From a virus, in IMG/VR virus record IMGVR_UViG_3300042946_000615, positions 7,663-71,662 of that record: DNA of 64,000 nt. One strand, given 5' to 3'. The notes under the pieces are model-generated. The model made no database searches, had not been told where the DNA came from, and saw only the letters and a list, made by a program, of their open reading frames with translations. The position numbers and the translations under genes were made by a program. Below are positions 47,291 to 57,313 of the stretch, one piece after another (position 1 is the first letter of the stretch; the number at the start of each line of letters is the position of its first letter).

Positions 47291-47695
47291 TTATGGTGTT
47301 CCTCCATCTATAGAGATGGTAGTTAAAATATCATATAGTCCGCTAATTCTGGATACTGGCAAATTTCCAATCGTAGAAGATATTGGATATCCATAAGGCA
47401 AATCACTAGCTAATATTTTTTCAGTATTAACTATCTCAATAGTATTATTGTTTTGATACTCAATAGTAATATTATCAGTATCTAATATGCTTGTTTCTAT
47501 GTCAATAGTATTATTGTTTTGATACTCAATAGTAATATTATCAGTAACAGTATCTAATATTCTTGTTTCTATGTCAATAGTATTATTGTTTTGATACTCA
47601 ATAGTAATATTATTAGTAACAGTATCTAATATGCTTGTTTCTATCTCAATAGTATTAGCTACTGGCTCTAAAATTTCCAGTATAAAATCACTCAT
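47291..47695 (-). CDS. Small virion protein with tandem repeats
   Basis: Three ETSILDT(VT)xNITIEYQNNNTI units; ends in IDGGTP. Confidence 0.65.
   Translation of the reverse strand: MSDFILEILEPVANTIEIETSILDTVTNNITIEYQNNNTIDIETRILDTVTDNITIEYQNNNTIDIETSILDTDNITIEYQNNNTIEIVNTEKILASDLPYGYPISSTIGNLPVSRISGLYDILTTISIDGGTP
47437..47655. repeat. Coding tandem repeat, ~3 x 66-72 bp
   Basis: caatagtattattgttttgatactcaatagtaatatta recurs nearly identically. Confidence 0.85.
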
Positions 47696-48094
47696 TTAGC
47701 ACACTAGTTCGTTTAAAGATTGACTAAATCGTTTAACAAAAGATATTGTTCCAAATAATGGTCTTATAGTATATTTTCCTCCACTAGTATATAAATCATC
47801 TGGGCTTTGTAATTCTAAATCATATTTAGCCATACTAAAAGTATAAGTATTAGTGACTGATGCGGGAATCATAAGAGTTAATTTGCCATTAACTCCATCT
47901 ATAGTAAATTTATATAAACTATAATCGGTATTTTTAGAGCTAAAAGTTTGAAAAGCATTAGTATTGGTTTTCCAGACTAATCGGGCACACCAATTAGTTA
48001 AATTTATAGGATTTCCATTAGAATCTTTATAAACTAGACTAATTTTAAATGATGTACCTTGCTCTATAGCAAAATCATATTTACTTGCTGCCAT
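47696..48094 (-). CDS. BppU-N-like virion protein (possible fibre anchor)
   Basis: YDFAIEQGTSF...YKDS.G.PINLT...YDLEL....G.I pattern. Confidence 0.65.
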   Translation of the reverse strand: MAASKYDFAIEQGTSFKISLVYKDSNGNPINLTNWCARLVWKTNTNAFQTFSSKNTDYSLYKFTIDGVNGKLTLMIPASVTNTYTFSMAKYDLELQSPDDLYTSGGKYTIRPLFGTISFVKRFSQSLNELVC

Positions 48095-48141
48095 AGTATT
48101 CACCTATTAGTGTTATTAAGATAAATAGTTATACACCCAAT

Positions 48142-48170
48142 AAAAAAGGCTGGCACTAGGCCAGCCCTTT
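48142..48170 (-). terminator. Intrinsic terminator after the major capsid gene
   Basis: Minus strand GGCTGGC-CTAGT-GCCAGCC followed by TTTTTT. Confidence 0.8.
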
Positions 48171-48202
48171 TCATTGTGATTGCGCTGTAGATGACTATCG
48201 GA

Positions 48203-49222
48203 TCATAGTGAACCAATTAGAACTCTACGGTTATCTAGAACGGCAAAACCTAGTTCTGCCCAACCGTAGAAACCAGCTCTCTTCTGACGATGTAGTGTCT
48301 CGTCTTCGAAGATCTGAACTTCTTGGCGAATTGGCATTATGAAACTGTCTCTCTTGCGAAGATCAAGACCAACTACGATCTCAGTCTTGCCTGCTGGCAT
48401 TGAGGCGCCTAGGCCACCAGAAGCAGAACTGTAGAATAGTTGGTACTGTTGACCAACACCTAGTTCGTCTAGGTCGTGTAGATTAACACCGAATACTCTA
48501 TTGATGGCTCCGTCGTTAGCTGTATAGATCTCTCTACGAGTTACTTCGTCGATTTGATCAACACCCCAATTACGAATGTCTTCCATAGCTTCTGGACTAA
48601 CATAAAGATCTGTTAAAAGACCTCTGTTAGCTGAAGTACTATTACCACCACCGTTACGACGCATAACAGTTTTCATTAAACTGACTAAGCGCTTTGTGAA
48701 CTGACTAGCGTTGGCATCACTATCGTATACAACGATATTACGATCAACACCAGCAGCAAGTAGTGTGTGCCAACCATCATCATTCATCTTCTTAACGAAG
48801 GAAGCTTCGAGAACTTCCATAGCACGACCAACAACGTCCCAACGGGCGTCACGAGCATACTTTAGAAGATAATCGATACTAGCACCAACGTCATAGGTTG
48901 GGACCATGACGTAATCGCCTTCAACATGGCGCTCTGGAATGTAGCCATGATTTGGGATTGTATAGGCAACGAAGTCTTTTTCTGTGCCTGGAGCTAAGAA
49001 ATCGAGTGGGAATTCTGGAGTAGCACTTTGAGCTAATTGAATTGGCTCGAAGATACCATCAAGAACATCGCCACTAAGAATACCCTTACGAAGAGGAAGC
49101 TCAAGAGCTTTTGCAAACTCTGCATTAGCAGCAAGAGCAGTCTCTCTATTAGCCGAACCAGAACGCATTAGAAGGTCTGTTAATTCTGGTGTTGGCTGAA
49201 ATCTTTCGGTTTTAGCTGACAT
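48203..49222 (-). CDS. Major capsid protein (HK97 fold)
   Basis: 339 aa after scaffold and decoration genes. Strong GGAG RBS, high-expression codon usage, downstream terminator; C-terminal G.YGW.E.GFAVLD.R. Confidence 0.85.
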   Translation of the reverse strand: MSAKTERFQPTPELTDLLMRSGSANRETALAANAEFAKALELPLRKGILSGDVLDGIFEPIQLAQSATPEFPLDFLAPGTEKDFVAYTIPNHGYIPERHVEGDYVMVPTYDVGASIDYLLKYARDARWDVVGRAMEVLEASFVKKMNDDGWHTLLAAGVDRNIVVYDSDANASQFTKRLVSLMKTVMRRNGGGNSTSANRGLLTDLYVSPEAMEDIRNWGVDQIDEVTRREIYTANDGAINRVFGVNLHDLDELGVGQQYQLFYSSASGGLGASMPAGKTEIVVGLDLRKRDSFIMPIRQEVQIFEDETLHRQKRAGFYGWAELGFAVLDNRRVLIGSL

Positions 49223-49252
49223 GTGTTTTTCTCCCTTTATTTAAAAAATGAA

Positions 49253-49711
49253 TTATAGGTTAACTGATACTTTGGCATAACCGTCGGCGTCTTTGGCACT
49301 GAGGAACTGGCCAATCTTAACGGCGTTAGTTGAGCTTGTTCCAATTAGGCCGCTGACACCAACATAAGCATCAGCACCAGCAGATGGTGTTGTGCCTGCA
49401 ACTAGTTGATTTGTGGTTACTTGACCTACTCTAAGTAGGGTCACCTTGCCACCAACTTGTGTTTCGTCTTTGTGCCAATTGATGTGTTGTCTTGTTAGAT
49501 CAAGATTAACAACATCATTTAATAGAACACCTACTGGCTTGGCGCCAGAAGCTACAGCAGCATAAGCTACTACGGCATTGCCATCATCCATTGAGACGCC
49601 GACGCCGCTTGTGGCTGTTACAACACTAGCAACACCGCCTCTTTCGGCTGTTGTGCTCATGAAGAATGAAACGTCAGTTAAAAGTTCGATACGATCTGGT
49701 TTTAGAGCCAT
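49253..49711 (-). CDS. Capsid decoration/cement protein
   Basis: 152 aa directly before the MCP; P.G.LL.DV and IGQFLS.KD.DGYAKV.VNL beta-tulip-like pattern. Confidence 0.7.
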   Translation of the reverse strand: MALKPDRIELLTDVSFFMSTTAERGGVASVVTATSGVGVSMDDGNAVVAYAAVASGAKPVGVLLNDVVNLDLTRQHINWHKDETQVGGKVTLLRVGQVTTNQLVAGTTPSAGADAYVGVSGLIGTSSTNAVKIGQFLSAKDADGYAKVSVNL

Positions 49712-49737
49712 TGTAATTTCTCCGTATTAGTTGGTTA

Positions 49738-51285
49738 TTACTTGTTAGTTTTCTTGCCTAGTTTACTTGATACAAATTCGACCAATGCTGCTCTAGTTGA
49801 CTCTAGTGCAGATTCTACATCGTTACTGCCAACACCTAGATTAACGTTTGCTTCAACCTCGGCTGTTTCTAGTACCGATGGGTCTGCTTCAATTGAAGTT
49901 TCTTCTGATGCTCTTTTGCGCATCATCATGGCTTCTTCTTCTTTGTCTTTCTTTTTGAATTTTTCTAACCAAGGTGGCAATTTGCCAGCAAAAAGAGAAG
50001 TCATAGCTTCAAAAGCTTCGTCATCCAAACTTTCGAATTTGTCAACTGTTGCTTCAGCTGATTCGTTATCAATACCAGCCTCAATTAAAGTAGCCATTCT
50101 CTTCATCTTCTTTTCTTTCTTCATCATGGCTTCTTCTTTAGCAACATATTCTGCGATAGTGGTAAGAGCAGCCTGTAATTCACTCTTAGCCTTTTTCATA
50201 TCTTCTTCTTTTTTCATTTGCTCTTCGTTCTTTTTGGCTGCTTCTGATTTGATTTGATCAATTTCAGCTAGTAGTGCCTCGTTAGCAACAGTTAGCTCTT
50301 CGATTTTTGATGTTAATTCTGCGGCATTAACTTCAGCAACTGGAGCAACTTCAGTTTGCTCTGTTACTGTTTCTGCCACTACTTCTGCTACTGTTGGAAC
50401 TTCTTTGGTTTCCATCTCTGTCTCTGTATTAGCTGAACTCATAATTAAAGTCTCCGATTGTATATTGGATTGAAAATTTAATACACCTGAATTGACAATT
50501 TCTTCATTTTTTTCTTCAATATTATCATTACTAGCAACTGCATTTACTGGAACTATTATGTTTTTAGAAAAAATAACGCTATCTTCGTTGGCCGGTCTGT
50601 TCACAAAACCCTTACCGGTAAAGGTGATATTTCTTAAAACTCTACCAATTTTATAGTTCTCGTGTTCTCCGACTCCTCCATATGATCTTAAAAATTTTGT
50701 TAAATATGCAGTATCTTCATTTCGTCCAAGAACATGATATTGACCAGTGCCATTATCTAATAAGCCATAATCAAACCCCTTAAAGAAGCACTCCATACTA
50801 ACATATTTAGTTCCGTCTTCTATTTCTGATATTAATTTCATGGATCTTTCGCGTAAATTTTCGTCGCTAAAACCCTTGTATATAACTGATCCTGTTAAAA
50901 TGTGATATTTTTCAGGAAGATTCTCTATTGGGGTATTTTCGTCAATTAAAATTCCATCTTCTGTTATGGGCCAATTAGAAACAATATGACCGATAATAGA
51001 GTGCTCATCATGCTCAAGATTAGTAGGTTTATGTTCTGGGGTATTTTTAGCATTCCATACTTCTACCTTGTCAAAAATGTCATCATTTTTATTCCAAGAT
51101 GACGAAACTAAAATAGATTGAACATAATATAGGTCTTCATCATCAAATGACGCTATGCTTTTAAAGTATTTTGAATCTTTTTTGGAGCCACCATATGGCT
51201 CAACAACACAAGCATATGATATAGAAGCAGAGGCTTTAAGAGACTCTTCTAATCCATCAAGTTTTTCTTGCTCATATATTTTCAT
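49738..51285 (-). CDS. Prohead protease / scaffold fusion
   Basis: N-terminal N.NDD.F...P.N.EH...IIGH...VSMEC...F.G.G.V..PA protease-like domain; C-terminal acidic coiled coil; between portal and capsid genes. Confidence 0.75.
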   Translation of the reverse strand: MKIYEQEKLDGLEESLKASASISYACVVEPYGGSKKDSKYFKSIASFDDEDLYYVQSILVSSSWNKNDDIFDKVEVWNAKNTPEHKPTNLEHDEHSIIGHIVSNWPITEDGILIDENTPIENLPEKYHILTGSVIYKGFSDENLRERSMKLISEIEDGTKYVSMECFFKGFDYGLLDNGTGQYHVLGRNEDTAYLTKFLRSYGGVGEHENYKIGRVLRNITFTGKGFVNRPANEDSVIFSKNIIVPVNAVASNDNIEEKNEEIVNSGVLNFQSNIQSETLIMSSANTETEMETKEVPTVAEVVAETVTEQTEVAPVAEVNAAELTSKIEELTVANEALLAEIDQIKSEAAKKNEEQMKKEEDMKKAKSELQAALTTIAEYVAKEEAMMKKEKKMKRMATLIEAGIDNESAEATVDKFESLDDEAFEAMTSLFAGKLPPWLEKFKKKDKEEEAMMMRKRASEETSIEADPSVLETAEVEANVNLGVGSNDVESALESTRAALVEFVSSKLGKKTNK

Positions 51286-51307
51286 ATTATTTAACCTTTT
51301 ATTTTGG

Positions 51308-53494
51308 TTAGTTATCTATTTCGTTATACACCATAGAATAAAAAGAGGCTTTAGCTTGCTTAGTTTCATCAACAGAAAGTTCTCTGCCTAAATCTGACTG
51401 TAGAGCTTTTAGCCATAAATAATAGTTATTAAGATAAGGACTGGTTGTTGATGCTATAAGATTTATAGTATTATCTTCACTTAGCGCTGAAAATGGACTA
51501 ATTGATAATAGCACATTTGTTTTTATGCTTTCTAGTTTTTCAGATTCTATATTACTTAAGCTTCTTAGATTTTTCTTATTAAAAAACTCTAACACTATAG
51601 GATTAATTATTTCACTAATTTTATCCTGTGCTCCTGATGCCCACATGGATAATTTGGCGCCAGTCTGAGGAGAAAACTTTTTAGTCTTTCTTTTTTCTGT
51701 ATCTTTGGACAACTTCGGGCGACCTTCTCCGGACTGCTTAGGCAATGAAGAAGTTTTTGGAGAACCATTACCTCCAACTGGCACTCCTGGAGTTTTCATT
51801 TCTAATGCGGGTTTTTCCCCACCCTTTTTCTTGTCTAGTTCTAAACCAACCTGACTTGGGGCAACTACTCCTGTTTGTAATGCTATTTTCTTTAATGAAT
51901 TCTCAAACTGAGGATCAAACCACGGACCAGATTTAGCAACCATTCTATTACTATCTCTTTCTCGACTCTCTCTATTAAGTCTTGTTTTCTCCATATCAGG
52001 ATCAAATCCAAATTTAGTTTGTAATAACTCATCACTAATAAGATTACGATCAGCCAACTGAACCAATAAAGCTTTTTCACTATCTTCGTTGCTTAAATCC
52101 ATTTTATCAAATTCTAATTTAGCAGGGTACTTGAAACCCATTGCTTTCTGAACAAGAGCAATTTCTTCTTCCCAAAATTCTATTAATCTGTCTCGACCAT
52201 ATTGAAGTCTTTGAGTAAGGGTCTTTAAGCTAATGAAATTATTTGTTGTTCCTGCTGCACCAAATGTTCCTGTTAATGTAGGAGGAATACCTAATCCTGC
52301 ATATATTGCATTAAGGTGGGGAATATATTTGCCTTCTCCCAAGAAATTATGAACATTGGTATTGCTTTCCATTAATTCTATATCTGGCCCCCAAATCAAA
52401 TCCATGGTTCCTCCGCCAACATTATTACCAAGGATCTGGGCAAGTTTGGATGTGGCTGCTTTGGTTGGAGCAATTTTATGCTCTAAGCTACCTAATTTAA
52501 AAATTCTAATATTACTAATAGCACCGTCAAGAGCTGCCATGTCAGCTAATTTAAGCTTCTCAACAACTGTAATATCGTCCATGATAGCATAGATCATAGG
52601 ATATGCCCATGCTTGCCAATCGTCTTTTTTATAATGAAATACTAGTGTCTTATCGTAATCAAGAGGATATGGTTTCTTGTTTTTAGCAGCTTCTATGATT
52701 TGTGCAGGTAGGTTCTCGATAACTCTCTTTTCGTTTTCTGTTTTGGGATTATTAATAACCTTGCGTAATGAGGCTGGTAAAATTAATTCGTATGTTTTAT
52801 TGTTTAAGAATGATGATAATGCACCAGCAGATACCTCAACGCAAACAGGATCTATAAAAGTATATTTCCATGGGATTTCTCTTTTTTCAACACTAATTTC
52901 TGGAAGTTCATTCAGCTGCATGTCTGCTGTTCCAAGGGCTTTATATAATTTATCAGCAACTTTTATGCTTATCTTTGCTGTTCGTCTGTCTATAACTATG
53001 TTGCCGCTTTTATATAGATTATTAAGAAATCTTTCGCTACGATCTTTGCCATTTATCTTCTTAAACCATCTTCTATAAAATCTTTCTATTCTTTTATTTC
53101 TATGAACTAAACGGATACCCTGACTAGCAAAATCGCCCATAAGATCTATTACGTTTTTTACTAATCCCACCCTTTGATAAATTCGCTCTGCTCTTTGTAA
53201 GATCATTTTGATCTCATTAGGAGGAGCCTCTTGTGGTCTAAATGTATAGTAATCGTCTTTTGTTAATCCTGGGCGACTTCCAGTAAGACCATCTAAACTA
53301 GAAAAATCAAGACTATATCTTCTTCCTCCTGCGGTTGCCTTTTCTACCAGAGTAAATTCGTCTAGTGATGCCCCAGCAGTTTTTAAAGCTTCTTGTTTAC
53401 TTAATAAATCATCACCCCATGTTACATAAGCTTCTGGTGGTGCAGTGTTAGATGTGCCTAAAACTTCCTCTTTTGTTCTTTTTTTATTGGCCAT
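51308..53494 (-). CDS. Portal protein
   Basis: 728 aa between TerL and protease; LV.NVID.M.DF, I.AGLGIP..L and LIS...L....G.D.D.E portal-like features. Confidence 0.8.
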   Translation of the reverse strand: MANKKRTKEEVLGTSNTAPPEAYVTWGDDLLSKQEALKTAGASLDEFTLVEKATAGGRRYSLDFSSLDGLTGSRPGLTKDDYYTFRPQEAPPNEIKMILQRAERIYQRVGLVKNVIDLMGDFASQGIRLVHRNKRIERFYRRWFKKINGKDRSERFLNNLYKSGNIVIDRRTAKISIKVADKLYKALGTADMQLNELPEISVEKREIPWKYTFIDPVCVEVSAGALSSFLNNKTYELILPASLRKVINNPKTENEKRVIENLPAQIIEAAKNKKPYPLDYDKTLVFHYKKDDWQAWAYPMIYAIMDDITVVEKLKLADMAALDGAISNIRIFKLGSLEHKIAPTKAATSKLAQILGNNVGGGTMDLIWGPDIELMESNTNVHNFLGEGKYIPHLNAIYAGLGIPPTLTGTFGAAGTTNNFISLKTLTQRLQYGRDRLIEFWEEEIALVQKAMGFKYPAKLEFDKMDLSNEDSEKALLVQLADRNLISDELLQTKFGFDPDMEKTRLNRESRERDSNRMVAKSGPWFDPQFENSLKKIALQTGVVAPSQVGLELDKKKGGEKPALEMKTPGVPVGGNGSPKTSSLPKQSGEGRPKLSKDTEKRKTKKFSPQTGAKLSMWASGAQDKISEIINPIVLEFFNKKNLRSLSNIESEKLESIKTNVLLSISPFSALSEDNTINLIASTTSPYLNNYYLWLKALQSDLGRELSVDETKQAKASFYSMVYNEIDN

Positions 53495-53551
53495 AATTGT
53501 TAATTCTAATGTAATGAGATTGTAAAGTGATTACTGATTTAATAATACACT

Positions 53552-55576
53552 TTATCTATAAATTCCTGTATATACGTCATCATTTGCTCCGTTAACAAAC
53601 CATTCTGGTCCTCTGTACATATTGCCATTGTTTTTAACCGAGTCTTTAGCGTTGGCTCCTATTATATCATAATCAATAGGTTTTAGGCTTTTATTAAGTT
53701 GTCTTGCTAACATATTGGCAATAATTAAAGAACTATAGCGGTCCTTTCGTAATCTTCCTTTTCTTCCTTGTCCTAGTTTAGTTTCTGGTGTGTCCCAGCG
53801 ATCTCTAGCGTTCGGTCCTTGACTAGTTTGTGTCATGACTATGGTGGTAAGCTCATTTTTTAATTCTTCAATTTCTAATATGCATTCGCTAACACTATCG
53901 TATAATGGATTTAAATCTGTTTCCAATATGCTTTTGCCTTCTCTTTCTATAGCTAGTCCTAGAGTTAAGTTGTCAAACGCAGGAAATAATAAAGCCTTAT
54001 CTTCTAAATCTTTTCGCAACCCGTGATTGGCTTGACTTGTCCATTCAGCTTTTGCAAACTGTATTAATTCTAAAACATGCAATCCTGGTTGATCATCCGT
54101 GTCTTTACTTTTATCTTCAATTGTTGGCCAAATTAATATTTCTCCTTCCTCCAGCTTATTTGGATCGTGCAGCGATTCTTCAATAGCCACACCACCTCCT
54201 TGAGCGTCCATCCCTATTTTAATGGGCTTAAACGTTTTCATCAAATTTCTAATTTTACGAGCACAGAAACCATAGAAATCATGTTCCGTTATGAGTCCGG
54301 TTTTTTGGCGCTCTTTAAAATTAGCTCTATTAGTAGTCCAGCAATACACGATCTTGGAATGCGTCGGATTAACTTCCAATACAACTATACTAAAATTATC
54401 TTGCTCACTAGCAGGATCGATACCATATACATATTCTTTATTAGGGTCTCCTTTTGTTATGGCGTCGAACATTACTGGTTTTCCATCTATGATTATTTGG
54501 GTGTTGGACACCACGCAACTTTCTATTAAACTTCGTCTAAAAAATCCCTCACTATCTTTTACGAAACATGCAGCATATTCCATATTGTATATACCGCTAT
54601 GTATTGTAGCTTTAGCTCTACTAACTTGTTTATCATCCATGAATCCTTTTGGAATAAGCTCATAAGGAATTCGAATAATACTATAATCTTTCCAGTTAAA
54701 GCTATCAGGAACTTCTCCTTTGAATATGTCTTCAAGTTTTCTTTTGTCCCCTTTGCTTTCTATGATAGCCTTATATCTTTTCCAATAACTAGCAAAGTGT
54801 TTAAAGTCATAGTCTGCTGTGCCACTAATTATAGCTTGATTTCCCATTTTAGTATTTAGCACTTCTAGCTCTTCATTCCATATTCCTGCTTCTATCATTG
54901 CGTTCTTTTTAGCTTCTTCTTTAACATTTTGAATAGGACTAGCAGATACCGCAGCGAATCCGGAAACTACTGTTTCGTATATATCTGGTGATATGGATGC
55001 AAATTCGTCAGCAATAATAATATGTGCTCTCAAACCTCTAATCTTGCTTCCGTCGCCCATAGGGATAGCAATCGTCCAACTGTCACCTAGTCTTATAGTG
55101 CATCTGTCTACGTCTCTTCGCGGACCATCGTCGTTACCATTAAAGATACTTCTTAATATCGGACTACTACGCCAAATGGTTTCCATATATTCGAAAATAA
55201 TTTTACTTTGACGAAACGCGGCGCCTACTACAACTATTTTTGTTCCTGGACAAAATGTACATTTGATAATACAATACAAAGCCATTAAGAACGATTTACC
55301 CCAGCCACGACTAGCGATATACATTGGAAATGGTCTTATCCAAAATTCTTGTAATATTAAAATTTGCATAGGATGCAATTCAATATTGAATAAAAGCTTC
55401 ACCATACTACCAATATACTTTGGATCTTTTAAAACTTTCATCAGATGAAGATCAGGCAGTTCAATATCTCTTTCTGATCTATTGATCATCACATTTTTAT
55501 TGATTTTAAGTTGACTTACGTCGCCCAGACCTAGCCAAGCGTCATCAAAAGATATCTTATTTAACGATTCAGCCAT
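53552..55576 (-). CDS. terL: Terminase large subunit
   Basis: Walker A ASRGWGKS, Walker B IIIADEF, IRG.RA, MEY.A.F, RNase H-like YGIDPA...D, KDRYSS. Confidence 0.92.
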   Translation of the reverse strand: MAESLNKISFDDAWLGLGDVSQLKINKNVMINRSERDIELPDLHLMKVLKDPKYIGSMVKLLFNIELHPMQILILQEFWIRPFPMYIASRGWGKSFLMALYCIIKCTFCPGTKIVVVGAAFRQSKIIFEYMETIWRSSPILRSIFNGNDDGPRRDVDRCTIRLGDSWTIAIPMGDGSKIRGLRAHIIIADEFASISPDIYETVVSGFAAVSASPIQNVKEEAKKNAMIEAGIWNEELEVLNTKMGNQAIISGTADYDFKHFASYWKRYKAIIESKGDKRKLEDIFKGEVPDSFNWKDYSIIRIPYELIPKGFMDDKQVSRAKATIHSGIYNMEYAACFVKDSEGFFRRSLIESCVVSNTQIIIDGKPVMFDAITKGDPNKEYVYGIDPASEQDNFSIVVLEVNPTHSKIVYCWTTNRANFKERQKTGLITEHDFYGFCARKIRNLMKTFKPIKIGMDAQGGGVAIEESLHDPNKLEEGEILIWPTIEDKSKDTDDQPGLHVLELIQFAKAEWTSQANHGLRKDLEDKALLFPAFDNLTLGLAIEREGKSILETDLNPLYDSVSECILEIEELKNELTTIVMTQTSQGPNARDRWDTPETKLGQGRKGRLRKDRYSSLIIANMLARQLNKSLKPIDYDIIGANAKDSVKNNGNMYRGPEWFVNGANDDVYTGIYR

Positions 55577-56057
55577 CTGATTTTTTAACCATTTCTATAT
55601 AATGTATTTTCTTAAAGATAAATTCAGCTATCTTTTCAGCATTAGACGCGCTACCGCAAAATATAACTTTAATATTATGATTTAGTTGTAGCTCTAAAAT
55701 ATTCTTAATAAGAAAGGAAGGAGTAATCTTAACTTTATCCCACATTCTTTTAGGAACAGTACTTCCTTCTGGATATATTAATAGATCTTCGAGATTAAAT
55801 TCTAATAATAAAAATGAATATTTAAATTGGCTCAATCGCATCACAACATCTTTGAATCGACTCTCGACAATGTTAGTTGCAAATTCGCTAGAGCTTTTCT
55901 TTCTCTCAATAGTTAATATGTGCTCTAAGCCCTCAATACTATAGTCCCCGGTATCTAACTTTTTATGAGCCTTGGTATAGTCGTTAAAATTCCACGGCTG
56001 TTGTTCTCTGGTATCTATTATTATGGTAAAGTTATTATAGGTATTATTATTTGTCAT
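55569..56057 (-). CDS. ERCC4/XPF-family nuclease
   Basis: IIDTREQ.P, L.TGDYSI, IERK motifs. Confidence 0.85.
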   Translation of the reverse strand: MTNNNTYNNFTIIIDTREQQPWNFNDYTKAHKKLDTGDYSIEGLEHILTIERKKSSSEFATNIVESRFKDVVMRLSQFKYSFLLLEFNLEDLLIYPEGSTVPKRMWDKVKITPSFLIKNILELQLNHNIKVIFCGSASNAEKIAEFIFKKIHYIEMVKKSDG

Positions 56058-56358
56058 TTTTTGGCTTCTGCTTTATTATGTTATAAAAAACGGCCTCATA
56101 ATAAGTTTCTACACCAGTAATCATTTTATGATGATCTTTACAAAGAGTGATTCCGTTATCTACTTCAAATCGTAGTCCCGGACAATCAGCCCAACGACGA
56201 ACATGATGAGCATTTAATTTTTTCTTGCTAGAACATCCTGGCCACTGACAAGTATGATTGTCTCTTGCATAAATTTTGTTTCTCCATTTTTTATATTCTG
56301 GATCATTAAAGTTCCTAAGCACGAGAGTATAGTTCAATATCAGAACTAACCATATCAT
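56047..56358 (-). CDS. HNH endonuclease (packaging-associated)
   Basis: WR..IYARD..TCQ..GC....LNAHH...DNGITLC..HH; the real start is probably GTG at 56322. Confidence 0.85.
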   Translation of the reverse strand: MIWLVLILNYTLVLRNFNDPEYKKWRNKIYARDNHTCQWPGCSSKKKLNAHHVRRWADCPGLRFEVDNGITLCKDHHKMITGVETYYEAVFYNIIKQKPKNDK

Positions 56359-57313
56359 GAACTAGTTGTTGAAATGTAATTTTAGGAATCCATTTTAGAA
56401 CTTTTTTAGCTTTGCTACAATCTCCTTTAAGATATTCAACTTCGGCCGGTCTATAAAGAGACGGATCAATTGTCACATAATCTCTATAATCTTTATTAAC
56501 AAAAGAGAATGACTCTTGTAAAAATTTTTCAACAGTTTGAGCTTGTCCGGTACTTATAACAAAATCATCAGCTTTATCTCGAACTAGCATTAATCTCATA
56601 GCCTCAACATAATCTTTGGCGTGTCCCCAATCTCTTACCGCATTAATATTTCCAAGTTTGAGTTTTTCGTTATGTTCTAGTTTGTTATTAACTAGTCGCC
56701 CTATATATTTGGTTATTTTTCGCGTAACAAAGTTTTCGCCGCGACGAGGACTTTCATGATTAAATAGTATTCCGCTACAAGCATGTAATTTATAAGCCTC
56801 TCGATATATTTGAACCATTCGGTGGCTAGCAAGTTTAGCTACAGCATATGGACTTTGAGGCAACAAAACTGTCTCTTCGTTTTGATATTTATTACCATCA
56901 GAGTCAACTGAATAATTTCGCCCAAACATTTCGCTGGTGCTTGCTTGATAAAATCGAGTGGTTGAACTAAATTTTCTAATATTTTCTAGTATGTTAATTA
57001 CGCCAATAGCATCAATTTCGAATGTGGTGGTTGGCTGTTTAAAGCTAGTTGCCACATGACTCTGAGCGGCCAGATTATAAAATTCCTTGGGGCGATGCTT
57101 GGTTATTATATCTGTGCAATCACTAGGATCAGTAAGATCAAATTCTTCCAATATTAATCGTGGATGATTAACTATGCTTTTAATACGTTCAAAATTGATT
57201 GAACTACTTCGTCGGTATAGTCCAACAACTCCGTATCCTTTTTGTAAAAGATTTTCCGCCAGATAACTTCCGTCTTGGCCCGTTATGCCCGTGATAATTG
57301 CTGTTTTACTCAT
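56315..57313 (-). CDS. gmd: GDP-mannose 4,6-dehydratase
   Basis: ITGITGQDGSYLAE, NLAAQSHV..SF, FYQASTSE, SPYAVAK, GILFNHESPRRGENFVTRKIT, RDWGHAKDYV, RPAEV. Confidence 0.95.
   Translation of the reverse strand: MSKTAIITGITGQDGSYLAENLLQKGYGVVGLYRRSSSINFERIKSIVNHPRLILEEFDLTDPSDCTDIITKHRPKEFYNLAAQSHVATSFKQPTTTFEIDAIGVINILENIRKFSSTTRFYQASTSEMFGRNYSVDSDGNKYQNEETVLLPQSPYAVAKLASHRMVQIYREAYKLHACSGILFNHESPRRGENFVTRKITKYIGRLVNNKLEHNEKLKLGNINAVRDWGHAKDYVEAMRLMLVRDKADDFVISTGQAQTVEKFLQESFSFVNKDYRDYVTIDPSLYRPAEVEYLKGDCSKAKKVLKWIPKITFQQLVHDMVSSDIELYSRA

Noticed and set aside
3345-55576. Inteins or introns in TerL, portal or TMP
   Set aside because: No intein C/S...HN ends or LAGLIDADG motifs recognised; the reading frames are continuous.
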